Assembly (NCBI GenBank): GCA_003344405.1
Contig: NOWV01000010.1
Span: 248,001-312,000, forward strand
Direction: 5' to 3'
Source: Trichoplax sp. H2
Taxonomy: Eukaryota
Length of the DNA stretch: 64,000 nucleotides
Positions 17,061-31,900 of this stretch are shown one piece after another (the stretch's first letter is position 1; every line of letters starts with the position of its first letter). Under the pieces are notes generated by a model. The model did not search any database. It saw only the letters and a program-made list of their open reading frames with translations, and was not told the DNA's origin. A program made the position numbers and the translations under genes.

Positions 17061-18836
17061 AATTTAATCATAAATTTTAAGAGCAAACACATATCATTAA
17101 TAAGTGCATTAGTAACAAAAATTGTGAGACAACTTGCTGATAATTTTATGCTTGAATCGGCGTATTGCTACTTCCATTATTGTTTATTGTCTTTGTCATA
17201 GTGACTATTGTTGTGCGATTAAGGTCAATAGCAGATTTTTGGAGTCCTTAATATGTTAAATTAAGACCCATGCCAATGAATAACATAGAGTTGAATAGCA
17301 TGGGCACTGTCTGTTGCATATTATAATTAGCATTGATTTGTAAACGGACAATTATACGCCAATACACAGTTATTTTACCTTGCTTTAATAGCATTCTAAT
17401 ACTAAGATATATTTACTATGGTTACTAGAGTGGGCACTGATTGCAGACTCATATCTTTACTACTCCATTTTTTGATGACAGTATTCATTTGTTTTCTTAA
17501 AAAGTAAAATGGTCAGAATTGCTCATGTCGCCTTCTTATAACGAAAAATTGATATAGTCACGCAACTAGAGATTTTTTGTAATAAGATAGACACGATAAT
17601 ACGTTAATAGCTATCCAGACTGTGACTTTTTTAACTTTATATTCAAGTGATGATCTAATTATCTTTAAAAATTTTATATATTCGATAGGTAATGGTATCG
17701 CATTAGTAATTTATTGTTACTAAAATAGCTATCATCAGCTATGAGAAATAAATAAATAAATTATGTCGCATTATGTTGTGTAATATATGAATAGCGATTG
17801 ATTAAACACTGCCATACTTATGCATGTTAGCTTCAATCGAACTAAAGTCCAGACTCTTTAATAAAGCTGAAGTGAGATATAGCAGTATCTGATTAAGAGA
17901 TGAGAATTTTGTATCAAGGGAAATGTAAGAAATAGCTACAACTTAATAATTTGATGATATAGCACGTATAATTTCTTATCTCGACAGTTTAGTAATGAAA
18001 ATGTAACCTTAAAATTTATGCCAAAAGCACTGTACCATCTTATCCCAAATGTAAAGGAGGTATATTCATCAATGATAGGAAGCCTATCATTAAAAAAGTT
18101 ATACTATAACTAAGTGAAATTTACTTCCTTAGAGACGTGATTAGCGAAATTATGAGGCTAATTATAATTATTAGAGAACCTGTAACTAATTTTGTGAAGC
18201 TGCCGTGCTAAATATTACCCAACTAAAGGTGTACGAATTGTGATTGATATTCTATCTGGTACGTGGAGATGGCACGTCGTTTTACTGGCACAAAAAAACG
18301 CGAAGGTATGAACACGTATGCTATAGCAAAATCAAGTGTAAAAAACAGACTGTTTAATGGCTTGTATTTGTACAATTGTACTATGCATGATCATCCATGA
18401 ACCCATTTCCGGTTACGTAATCGTCTGTTTTACACACAATCATCATTTGCAAGTATTTTATCTTAGTTATGAGTCACGATCTGTCGGCAAGGCGACGTGG
18501 TGTTGGACTAGTCTTAATAATTTCAACAGATTACACAATCACGTAGGGTGTAATCACTTAGGGTGATAGGATATTGTTCTTATTCTATTGCCAGCAGCGT
18601 AGGCTATAAAACTATGTCGTAAAAAAGTGCAATTTGCTGCCTCCCCGTTGTCCGTACCATAGCACATGAAGATCCTAAAAATATACGCACTACAGGATCT
18701 CCAGTCTTCTCCATAAGCACTGAAAAATAAGTATTGATTAAAAATATTATCCATGCGAAATTGGCATAACTCGTTGCTCGCTTATCAGAAATTTTAAAAA
18801 TCTCAGCAGTTTCTCTTTGAGTGAGTTTAAGCTGTT

Positions 18837-18850
18837 GTTGTCATAGCTAC
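18837..18850. promoter_or_regulatory. RFX X-box-like motif upstream of the LRR gene
   Basis: GTTGTCATAGCTAC, close to GTTGYCATRGCAAC, at the edge of the TACAG array in the divergent LRR/KAT14 intergenic region. Confidence 0.45.
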
Positions 18851-18874
18851 GACGATTGCAAGCCTCTTACAGAA

Positions 18875-19760
18875 CTATATACTGTAAACTACAGTACAGT
18901 ACTAAATTGCAGTGAGTGACTACTGTACTGTACACTATCGTACTGTACTGTAGTGTTGCGGGTCCGAAGAAGCCCTGTTTTCTCAACTTTTAAATTAATT
19001 TTTCCATCTCAGCCTAGACATACTGTACTCGTAATGGGTATAATAAATCAATAGTACAGTATGTCATCGCCAGCATGAGCCACATATATTGGTAAATTAC
19101 AGTTAGCGCTTAAAAAAAAGTAGTTTAAAATTGCAGTTCGTGGAAGCAACTAACATACTGTACATACAGTACAGTACTGTACAGTACAATGCTGGTAATA
19201 CTGTACTGTACTGTACAGTATACTGTACTGTACTGCACACTGTGCACACTACAGTACGCTCGTGATAGCTTATTTTGTACAGTACTGTACAGTACTGTAT
19301 ACAGACCGATAGTACGACGTGACTTTTAAAATTGTTGGAAGCGACCGCACATGTAACAACGACTGATAGTTTGTATTAGGAACTTGAAAGAATAGAATTA
19401 TTCAATACTACGATATAAAGTAATAAAAATATAAAGAATCTATTGCTCAAGGTTGTACTGATCTGTCTGCATGGAATTTGAGCCAAATTTAAAGACATAA
19501 TTTAAGACAACGTTATAGCTGAACATCTTTCAACCATTTTAGAGGGTTCACCACGCCCCGGTAATGCTACAGTTGTACAGTACTGTATACAGTGTACAGT
19601 ACAGTATAGTCTGTAGTGCAACTCTTCACGGCGCTCAGATGGCGGACGGCGGGATACCGAACTTGCAAGAGTTAATCGTGCAGGCCAGGCCAAGCCAAGT
19701 TCCATGATACCGTATAGTAACGTACTGTACACTCGTACAGCATCCAGTACAACTGTACAT
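18875..19760. repeat. Degenerate TACAG/CTGTA pentamer arrays in the divergent promoter region
   Basis: Dozens of TACAGTAC/GTACTGTA words (e.g. 19158-19300) surround GC-richer islands, including a YY1-like AGATGGCGG near 19637. Confidence 0.8.
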
Positions 19761-20225
19761 GATAGTTACTGCTAGCTAGGCTCACTGTTACTACTTAACA
19801 TCCCATAGTAATGCAATATACTGTAGCGGAAAGTCTTCAGGGGAAGGAAGCAGCTTTGCAAATCTTGCACAATTGAACCCGCCAATATTAACTTTCAAGG
19901 TGCAAGCAGCATTATGTGCAAGGACCGATCGATGATCTTACCACAGTTATAGGAATCACTTAGCTTTTGCGCTGGAAAAGTATGAGCAACAGTAAGCCAG
20001 GAAGCAGCTGCTATTGTGGTGAAGAGATCTCGTTGGAGCGTGCTCATCAGTAAATACGCCTAAATTAATAATGATTGTGTTGGCTTTTATAGGATTAGCC
20101 TTGTAATCATTTGTAGGCTATGTATACTATTCGTCTTGCATACTCTGATGATGTATAGGTATACAGGATATGTTATACACTACGTTAGTAGCTAAAAATA
20201 TTATTTATCTTCATCATTTTTGTAG

Positions 20226-23200
20226 GAATAGCTTAAGATGTAAAGTATGCGTGAGTTGGTTCCATCTCGGTAAGTACTACAGTAAACGTTAGAACTGAAA
20301 GCTTGTGTGAACTATACAACTAGGAGTGACATAATTAATCGAGCTAAAGCTAAAAATTTATTCCGACGTAAGAAATGATAGTTACTGTATCGTACAGATT
20401 AAAAATGACTAGTGCTTTACAGAAAAAAAATATCAAATGCTGAATACTGATAACTCGTAATAGGGTTTATGACGTAACTTTGTAATCAGCCTAATATTCG
20501 GTAAAACAATCGGTAAAATAACCGACACATAATGAATACACTATTACTTTGCATAAATTGTGCACCTACCACTAACGTTGTGGTTCTGACTCATGGCTCT
20601 GATAAATATAATTATCAATTGTAATGGATTTTGAAATTGATGATGACAATTTGATCGTGTCTAGCCTGTCTAAAAGATAAACCACCAACGGATTTGGACA
20701 ACGATATATTTTTTGAGTTGATATGTCGGAATTGTGATCCTGATGGTGTCGAAAAGTTTATCCGATTGCCTATGAACTGGTATTTATAGTAAAATGTCTC
20801 ATGCATTGGCTATCTGTAGACTCTATTTATTAATAAATTTTATATCAGATAAAGTTAACTACGATTATAAATTAAATTCTAGGCTGCAGGTTGTGCATTT
20901 AACTGTATATAACTTAAGTCGCGCTGGTAATAGTCGCCATGGCTACTTCAGATGGCGCGAAGATATCTGCGGTTTTATTAATAAACATTGGGATACGCTA
21001 ATGGCTCATAGGTGAGCAGAAATTTTTTCATAGACTAATTCTGTATCTGTCTATCAAATAAGCGATAGGCTATCCAAATCGATTAATATAATATACAGTA
21101 TGTGTATCCAAATTATAGAGTAAGACAATTGTTATCATACTGTGCTATAAACTAAAAATAAATTAAAGATAGACTTGCTCTTGATTAAAATATTGCTAAA
21201 TTTTCGAATTTTATTCAGCGTGCATGCCTAATTACATATTATGTATAATCGTCATGATTAGAAAACGCACTGCATCATGGCATAGCACTGTTGCTGGAGT
21301 ATTATCTCTTAACTGCCCTCAAAAATTTATTTCCGGAACTCGAGAATTTAATGAGCCAGGATGGTGGACTTTAGCTAATAAAGAACCTCCAACAATTGAC
21401 GTAGATTCACTTGATGCTATGAGTAAACAATTACTTTTTAATACTCTATATTAACTATTCGTGATTATATGGCATAATAGTACGTTAATCTTTGATGCTA
21501 TTAGTCTATTTTATCAGTTATTCTACCCTTGCTAAGTTTGATAATTGCATTAATACAGTATTACAGTTGATTCAAGTTTATTTAAAAAAAGCGATCTACA
21601 TGCTGTTATGTTAATTCAACAGCCTGCGGTAACTGAGGAGTTTAGTCTTTCCGGTCAGGAATATTTTCGTGCGATAGTAAATACTGTATAGTCAACTGAA
21701 GATTCGATAGTTAACTGCAGGAAATGTTATGATGTACTGTTGGTAATACAGTAGTATTATTTATGTATTGTATTATTGATTTCTGTGACAGGATGAATAA
21801 CTGCATTAAATACCACTATATGAATAGTGATTAAAGATTTTTCCATAATGGAATATTTTTTTGTAAATTTAGGTAATAGCTTACAAAATAAGAAAAGAAG
21901 AAATTCAACAGTATCATCGTCTGATGATGGATTAGAATTAAGACCACGAAAAATAAGAAAAAGTGATCAACTTAATAGCTCAAATAACCTTAATCATCAT
22001 GCGGATGAAAAAATGGTTAGTATTAATTATAGATATATAGTAACTACAAATGATCAGTTTACAGTACTGTAAGTTGATAGATTTTTAAAGTGGTAAATAG
22101 TAACCATAGTACGTTATATGTGCAATGACTTGAATCCTGGTGTAGGAGGAGACTGTTGATTTCTCTAATGTTAGCAGTTCGCAAAATGAGAAATGGCTAA
22201 ACGAACGTGACATCACTGTCGATGGTAAATTCGACTTCTGTATTGTAATAACAGATTTATACTTAAACGTTTTTTGATTAAATTACATTTATAATCACTT
22301 TACGAAGTATGCATATATCGAATTGCCTAAAGTACTGTACTTATATAATATTTTAGAAACATTACCTGAAACTATCATGGCTGAAGAAGATCCTGGAACT
22401 AATGATGAAAGTAACATTATAAAAATAATTATCGTTACGATAATCTTTAGTTAGAAATCAAGGACACATTTCAATTGATATTAATGTTGACTTAATACTG
22501 CCAATAGGCAACTCACAAAGAACGAATTCACTGATGTCAACAAATACTAGACAGCCTGCTGGAAAAACTGTTAAATCCCAAAATAGTTCTCTTGATATGC
22601 GAAAACCAAAGTAATATACGATTTATGTAAAATGATGGAATAACCTGAACAACACTTGTCGGTCTTGCCAAATACGTTAAGGGTAACTTACTGTAATATT
22701 TGTATATGAACAAAGGTTAACTTCACTCAGGCCACATGAAGAGAGAAAATTATTAAAGTCGTTAAGTATTTACCTACCATTAGTGAAAGAAAATCCGAAA
22801 CTTTGCAGAATTTATAATAAGTTACTCCTTCGCCAGGTATTGTTCAGTCCTAGTGATTAATATCATAATCTTAATCTTATACTTTGTCCCTTTATTTGAT
22901 TGGCTTTACTTCAACGGTACTATTATTGCAGGTTAAACGTGATAAAGGATTACCAGTGTTCGATTTGGACAGTTGCATGCTTAACTATGCCTGTAATGTC
23001 AATAGGTGTAGCACAACTGCTGACTGCGACACCATTGTATCGGTACGTTATATAACAGTAGAATCAACGTTGTGTGTCGTGAGCAAGAAATAATAAAGAA
23101 TATTCTGTACGGTCTCTACGATGTGAAGTACAGTTTATACACGCTTGCAGGTGGCAATGTGTTAATAGATCTTATTCTGCAACTAGGTACCAGACGTTAA

Positions 23201-25096
23201 ACCTTTCAGATTAAAACAAAAGCGTAACGGAGGAACGTCTTGGAATGAGGTTATAGGCGCAGCTGTTTCTTATAAAATGATCTATGAAACTGATTTGAAC
23301 TGTAACGTAAAACACAACTAGCTACTTTTAATGTAATAAATATTCTCCATTACTTTAAATTTACCCCGACATACAGTTAATATCAAATGACCCGTCTATT
23401 GGAATATCTTCTACGAATACTGTCAAATCTAATATACTTGACAGATTTCAGGTAATCTGATATTCGTTGCTCTTACTGGTATAGTTTTATTTTTATATAC
23501 CGTACTTGATTATGCACGCAGTGAATTGACTACGGCTACGACATGTTAAATGATGGGTAGATCGCATAATTTGATCTAGATTGAGTTATATTCTATTTAT
23601 ATTTTGAAGGTTAAAAAACATCAAAAAGCTTTTCATCAAGTAAAGCCTCAATCTTTTCTTCAATACTTGGTTGGATCGAATTACGAATCTTCTACTCATT
23701 CCATTTGTAGTCCATATACCGCTAGGTATACTTCTTTAAAAGTACAACTTGAAAAGATAAAATTCTTATGTAATCAATCTATCCTTTCTCAAGGGTACTG
23801 AAGCCATTTATATGGAGAGATTACTCCTCAACTCCTCTGAAGCTCCAATTATTACAAGAAATAACTTCCTATCATCATAAAAGGTAACAAACATCAGCAT
23901 GCTAGTAAATTTTCTTTTTCCCTAACTCCTACACGATCTGACTTAATAACTTAGTAGCTACTTTAGAAAATGCTATTAACTTTAGTTAATGCCTAAAATT
24001 GATTTATTGATTTATACTTGCAATATAGGAATCAAGATCAAAATTCTTCCGATTCCAATAGTATTTTTACTCCTGCTCCCATTGATTACTGTTATGTTAG
24101 ACCTCATCATATTCCGATTGTGAATAGTTTGTGTCGAGAATTTTTTTGGCCTGGAATAGATTGTACGTCAATGGCTTACGTATAATAATTGTAATTTTAA
24201 GATTGAGAATCAGAAATGAGTATCGAAATGAATACACAGCATCTCATTACGTCTTTCGTATTTCGGCAGTGTCAGAATGTTTAGAGTATCCGGATTTTAG
24301 TGTTGTAGCTCTTTATCGGTAAATATAAATAAACTATTTTCAGTAGAACAATTGTATACTATGTTCGTATTACATTATTATTGATAAAATATTACAGGGA
24401 CCTTCGATTTTCTTTTGCTTTTAGGAGGCTTATTGTAGGCTTTGCATTTATGACACCGGATGTGAAATATCATGAAGCTTACGTCTCATTTATTTTCGTG
24501 CATCCCGATTGGCGAAGAGCTGGTATTGCAACATTTATGTTGTACCACCTGGTTCAGGTTGGTATAGGAGCGTACGTTATTGTGATGTTTAAGGATCCTG
24601 GCATGATCGCTTTAATAAGAGTTTTGATATTGCATAATATGGTATAACAAATCATGATTAAAATTAGCCCTCCACGTTTATTGATTTTTCTCAAAGTAGC
24701 AGTTTTACATGTATTGAAGTATATTACATCTAGTTGGAGTAATAGAGATAATCTAATATTAGTTCATCGTAATCATAACTTACCGCTTTCATATAGTAGT
24801 AGTTATTAATACTGCACCTAGTCTACTGTACTGTAGAATTATAGATTAGCTTAATTAAATAATTGTGAAAATAAACTTGGTCTGCAGATAATACAAATGT
24901 TCTTAATTTTTTCATGAAAAAGACTTGTATGGGAAAAGACGTAACTTTACACGTTTCAACTTCTAATCCAGCGATGCTAATGTATCAAAAATTTGGTTTT
25001 AAGCCTGATGAATTCATCTTAGATTTTTACGATAAGTATTTACCGGAGGATAGTACCGATTGTAGACATGCTTTTTTTCTACGTCTGAAGCGATAA
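20226..25096 (+). CDS. KAT14: Cysteine-rich protein 2-binding protein / lysine acetyltransferase 14 (ATAC complex ATAC2); first coding exon not resolved
   Basis: N-terminal Cys-rich (PHD-like) segment CKVCVSWFHL..CRNC, then WLQVVHLTVYNLS..GYFRWREDICGFINKHW, KRTASWHSTVAGVLS, EPGWWTL. C-terminal GNAT: PIDYCYVRPHHIP..FFWPGID, ECLEYPDFSVVALYRRLIVGFAFM, FIFVHPDWRRAGIATFMLYHL, TCMGKDVTLHVSTSNPAMLMYQKFGFK..HAFFLRLKR*. Confidence 0.92.
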
Positions 25097-25944
25097 CTTA
25101 CGAATTTTTGATGGCCATATAAATTCAGAGTCTAAGAGCAATGGTTTTTTTTTCAAAATAATCTTGAACGAACAATGTAAATATAAAGCAGTATTAAATT
25201 TTTAAATTAAAATACTGATTGTATATAACAAATATGTACCTATATAAATACTTGTATATCCATATTATAGATGAAGAAATAGTAGTTATCTATTGTATGT
25301 ATGTTTTTGGAGTATAAATGTTAACTTGTGATTTATTCTTCTGCACTTTATTCTGACATCTACGAGTCTGGCGTACTAATAAAGACAACCGTTTATCAAA
25401 TAATTCTTAAATTTTAGAAACAGTTATTTACTTTAGTTACGCACAGAGCGATAAAAATAAGTTATGACAATCATAAAGTGTAATTTTACGAAACATTTAT
25501 TGATTTAAATTTTGTTATAATACAGAGAATTCATCGTCGTCATGTTTATTGTCAAGATTACTTAAAAGTTAAGTTGTAAAATGAATCTTAACTACATCTG
25601 TATTTATATAATATGTCGCGTTCCTACAAAAAATGAAATATCCTAATATTTCGATTGTTATGTCTTCATCTTAAAGTTGGTACTGTCATCTTTAGTACGT
25701 ATGATTTGGATTATCAATATAACATGAGTGAGACTCGTATCATTAATCCTTGAAAGTTACCCTACTCAATAGAGTAGACCTTATTCAGTATATCATGACA
25801 CATATTCTTATTTACATTATGCATGATGATAAATATGGAGGTTTTAAATTTTATCGACTAAACTGTATAAAGATATCAGATCCCGTTAGACTTGTAGCTA
25901 TTACAAAAGTTTTATGCAAAATAGAATCAACTAAGATCGTGCGA

Positions 25945-28900
25945 TTACATTATAGCAGCGAGTGGATGAGATTTAGCCTGATTAGAAGAGGGTCTTGCAT
26001 TGGCACTTTCCTCTAACTCCTGTAATTTAGCGCGTAGTTTGGTTAATTCAGCTTTTTGCATGCCAATAATTTTTTTATCTTCACCGACAAATGGTTCTGC
26101 TGTAGTAGAACCTTGCAAGCTGGCAATTCTATTATGACTAGTAGTATCACTACTTCCAATTGATCTTCTTGATTCATAGAAATTCTCTAGATCTTGTACT
26201 AAATTTCTTGATATCTTAACTTCACGCCTCAAATCATTAATTTCTCTGATTAGAGATACATTTTCCTGAAAACAAAAAAGAAATGTGTTAATTTAGGAGC
26301 TGCATTTTATACCTACTCTTTTCAACAGTATTTATATTTCTAGCAACGGATAAGTTTCGGTACAGCCCCAACAATGAATTCTTTACTCTCGTATGTTGAG
26401 TTTTAAATGTATTATCTAATTCTAATCGTTCCTATTTATTATATTTACTTGTACGCATATTTGAGTGTCATAATTTAAGCGTAAAATTTCTACTACGTGA
26501 CAACTGCTGCTGTTCATCGATAACTTTACTATATGAATAGGTCAAAATATTTACCTGCATAATTCGCACGTTATCAATTCGGTGTATTTCTGAATCCTTC
26601 GATAACTTTTTACGAAGAGAAGCAACACTACGTTCTAAATGTTCACGTTGTCTTGCGTGCTCTCTCTGGATATCATTATCCAAGTTGACAACATCTCTCT
26701 AGATAGATTAAGTAAATGGAATATTTAGGTTGAGTTATTCATTCATAAAGATTAACTATTCGTAAGTATGAATATTGAACAACTCCAAGCTATTACTTAA
26801 AAACTGAGAGCTCTAGCATCTATATTTGCTATATGTAATATTTACCGTTTCATTTTGTATAAACTTGTTATAGAGTCCAACAATGGTGTCTTTTAAAGGT
26901 TTTTGGTCTCCGACATTGCTGTAGCAATCGTGTAAATCAACCTTGAATCTTCTTAAAGTGGCTTCGCTATCTCGTAACTAATGAATGGTTAATAGAAAGA
27001 CAGCACAACTGGGTTAGCACTATCTAAATAATTTCAAGGATCTTCTATCTCATTCTTATGGAATATTTACTCCAATTAAACGTTACATGGAATGATTAAA
27101 AATTGGCCTTGTGAGCATTTTACAAAAGTAACAATGGTATAATCTATGTGCAAAAGTTTGTTTCTCACCCGCAGATTTTCTGTATTTAGTTCCTTATCCG
27201 AAGCTTTCAGTTTTAATCGTAGCTCAGATATGTTTAAATCGAGAATCATGTTTTGTTTGTGGAATCTTTCCAATTCATTTTCCATCTAATCGAAACAATC
27301 AAATTCTAAATTAACTTTATTTAGCTTGTGATGTCATAATGGAATCGCGAAGAATTTATAAAGCTAAAATCTGTGGCTGCTTTAGTATCTTGTAATGCAT
27401 TTCTACTCAACTTTAAATCATCCAGTAATTTAGAAAATATCATTACTACTTAGATATACAATTCTTTACTACTCTATTGTTTAATTTCAAATTATCATGT
27501 TACAGTGAAGAAAAACCTATATAAACTAAGACTAGGCAGCTATAGTACTCTGAATGCATTTTCAAATTATAATCCCAAGCAGTCATATTATGAAGAGCTT
27601 TCTTAAATATTGCTTTACTGCGCTATAAATCAATCTCGATAGATTGGTGCTATATCATAATTTAATCTATCGTTATAATAATTAATACTACTGTTCACCT
27701 CTTGAATTTGTTCTTTCATAGATGTAATATCATTCTCACGCGGTTCAATTTGTTTTTTCAATTCTTTAATTTTATAATCTAATACAAATTTAAATTTTTC
27801 CAATTCCTGATTTTTCTTTTTCAGATCATAAATTCGTTTTTCCTAAAAAAATGTTGTGGGTTTAGCGCTACATTCTTGTAAATGAATATTCTTTTAGAGA
27901 CGGTATTCAAATATACATAGTGGCAGATTCACTAGGAAATTATCCATCTTATATCAGTGTTTACCTTATCCTGGATGGTTTCATCTCGTTCTTGAATTTC
28001 TTTTTGCAATCCTGCAATATCTTTCTCTAAGGATTTGATGATATTTTGTAATTTCACTTGTTCGCCTTGATTACTTTTGATATTGGATTTGTGTTCATCA
28101 ATTTCTTTTTGCAGTGAGGAAAACTATCATCATAAAAGTAAGGTTTAACGTAGGATATGTTTTCAGTTATATAAAAACTATTTTCAAATTTCAACGCATA
28201 GTTCTTTATCGTTCAGTAGCAGTATCGCTACCATTTCCTTATAAAATAATTTATTACCCATGCTAGCTAGAATTGCAGTCTAATATTGCTAAGATTATTT
28301 ACAACTCGTCTAATATCTAAACTACTTAAATATTAAGTTTGATTATGGCCGCAATGGCCAACGTATAGTGTACAAGTTGGAAGTTTATAACTTTTATGTA
28401 ATCACTTTAAAAGAAGAGTAGCCATCGTTCATTGATCAACAAATGTAGTATAATCAATAACTACTAACATTAATTTAAACTTTTGCGCTAATTTTATTTG
28501 ATGTTATCGGATTATCTTTGAATTATTCTATAACTGAGTTTCATATATATCAAGTTTTATTATAATCATCGACAGAAAAGTATCCTATGCAATTCCCTAG
28601 CTTATAATAGACTGTTTTGAGCATGATTATGATATGGAACGAAATTTTCAACGCGATACTTACTCGTTGTCGCATTTTTTTAGTATCTTCTTTTAATCTT
28701 TTATTGGAATCGCCTTCATCTCGTAGTCGTCGTTCATATTTGTTCTTAATATCTAGAATTTCTCTTTCTGAATCTTCTTCAATCAGTCTCTTGATTTCTT
28801 CATATTCTCTGGTCAATTTCTGTTGTTCACCATTAGCCTAAAGAATAAGCTAGTGATTAATGGATAGATCGAGAATAGATCATTTGCTATATAAATGTCG

Positions 28901-31900
28901 AAAAATTTTGAATGAAAAGGTCGATTTATTCATTGCTTTTGTTATTAATTTTTATGTCATCACTTACATCTTCTAATTGACCTGTTTTATCGGTTAATTT
29001 ATGCTCATAATATTGCGTTAATTCCTGCAATGCCTGTTCTTTCGATTCTTCCATTTCGTTTAGTTGGCGTTCATATTCCTAAGTAACGATTATTAGAATT
29101 TAGTAGCAAGGCTTTTACAAGATAATTAAAGTAGTCTATAGAGTTTTTAAGTACTAGTATTGTTGATCGTTTAATTTGAAGTGGATTAAAACTCACTTAA
29201 AAGGATCGATAAAATGCTCAAGTATTTAGCTTTGTTACCTCTTGCATTTTCTGGCTCTTGGACTGTAATTCTTGATACTTTTCATATTCTGACATTAATT
29301 TTTGACTATTGGCAATTTCTATTGCGATAATAAATGGAAAATGGACTATTTTTTAAACTAGAATCATACATTATGAGGCATAGATTAAATTAGATGGTAA
29401 ATTAGTAGGAACGAATATTAAAAGTTAGGCTTACCTGACTCCTGTACTTCTTCGTTATGCTTTTCTAGGATGTCGTCGACTTGTTCATTATAGCGCTTAT
29501 CTTCTTTTTCCTTTTCCATTTTTAAAGTTTGATTTTTAATTTTTAATGATTCCATTTCTTGAATAAATTTCTCTGTCAGTTCTTTAATTTTTTCATTATA
29601 GTTCATATCTTTTAATCGTAGTTGATATTCATTCTCCATTTTTAATTCATCCACTCGAGTTTTTAAATTAATCATCATTGCATTCTAAAATAGTTTAAGG
29701 TTGAAGAAGTAGCCATTTTAATTTTAAACATTATTTTATAGTGCATCAACTCGATGTAGTGTATACATATTAGTCTAGAGATATATTTTAAAACTAGGGC
29801 AATGCACATAAAACTGAAAGGTCTTAAATTTCTCGTCATTATTACTTCGTATAGTATTCCAATGATTAAAGACTAAGCATTTTGAATTTCAAGATAACTA
29901 TATATGGCAAAGACTTTAATTTTATTATCATAATGTAGAATCACACGATATTATAAGGGTCAAAGAATAGATTTTGAATTTTTATGTTATGGTGGTCGAA
30001 TTAAAACATCGTCTAGGTCAAGATTGATCCATGATATTTTTTGATGCAGTTAAGCCAATGATCATGAAAATAAGACTAAACCCTTAGACGACTTAATACT
30101 TTTATCGTGATGTTCTGAACTAGTTTAAGGATAAAAATAATAACCATTTCAATTTCCTAGTCACTCTGTATCGACTAGATAAGGGAGTTGAAGAGCAGCT
30201 ATTTTTAAATTACTTTCCCATCACACCTAATGGCTCTACGTATGTTCGTTATGGACTTTTCTTGGAGAAATTAAGGAATACGCGTGACAGAAAATTTTAT
30301 AAGTAGGCGACCTTACCTTTCCTTGCAAATCGCGTTTCGTAATTAATATCTCTTCGGCATGGGTGATTTCCTTATCTCGCTTTAAGCCACGTCCATCTTT
30401 ATCGATAATTTTGTAAATGTAGAAACTCCCATCTTCGCTAGCAGACAGCAAGTAATTATCATCGGAAGAAATTTTCATCTAATCCAATATCAGTAAAACA
30501 ATGTTACTAGAGAGCTTGACGATTGAAATCGACCATAATCTGTGTACAAGGTATACTATTATCGCTCACTACTAATTCTGACAATTATATATGGTATCAT
30601 AACGATCAATAACGAATGAAATATGTTATTCACTAGCTTTAAATGAAGCTTTTTACGTATCAAGGGTTGTAAAATAAATTAAAGTTAAGTGCTTACCTTA
30701 GTAACGGCAGCGCTGTGTGCCTGATATTCTTGCGAATCGCCCGATGGAGTTAAGGGATATTTGATTGAGCGGATAGTACCTAAATTGGTAGCTCCAAATA
30801 ACATTCGAGAGCTGTTGGAGAGGACAACTTGGGTGAAGATTGCTTCACCAGTTTGGATCTCCCGTAAAATTTGGGAGTCACAAATTTCCTTCAAAGTACG
30901 ATCTGATCCAACAGCATAAACTGTGCGTCCTTCAGATGCAATAACAACATCGGAATAGCTACAAGTCTTTAAAACGTTTTCACTTTCACGTTTTCCTGTA
31001 ATTAATGACCATTCACAAATAGCCCCATCCATGCCACAAGAAACAATCTTGCTATCCTCAGCATTAAATCGCACAGCTTTAACCTAGGTATAAATTAGAA
31101 TTTTGTCGACTTTTATTAAAATACCGACGGAATATTTTTGAATTTCTTCCCTTTAAACAGAATCTGAAATATCTTATTATCTAAACTAATTGTAAATAGT
31201 ACTTTAAGAAGGCTCATTAAATTATTTTATAATGCAATAACCATTCATTCGGCTATGGTAAACTACATCTATATATCAGGGATCAGAAATTTACCCTACT
31301 GATACTGCTCTACAAGAAATATGTAGATTACATCAAGTACTTGTAATTATAACTTCTAAGAATACTATGATGTTTATTATTTAACATATAGATGGAAAGA
31401 ATAGTGATTTTATCGGATTTACACGATATAGAATAAATTATTTGATAATGAAATACTCGATCGTTATTGTTGGCATTTACCTTGCCGTTATGGCCTTTCA
31501 AGTTCATGACATTTTCAAATGTAGATGTCGAGTAGAGTTGAACAATATTACCATGAACTGCAGCGAATAGATGGCCTCCATTACTAAATGAACACTATCC
31601 AATGTAGGTAATCAAGAATAAAAATGTTTAAGAAGAGCTCATGCTTATCTATTTAAAATATCTCTAATTGATTATCCTGTACACTTGCTATGAAACTAAT
31701 AGTAAGATAAAATACTAACAAATCTTAGGTAAGCGAATTAGTAAATAATTTTATATTACCTCGCGACAACCACGGATGGTAAACTCTTTAAAAGAGCTAA
31801 TATCATCAATTAGCAGATTCATTAGACGAAGTTTATCACTAAATCCAACTAATACATATAAACCGGACGGGTGCAAAGCAATACTGAAGGCTTCTTCCTG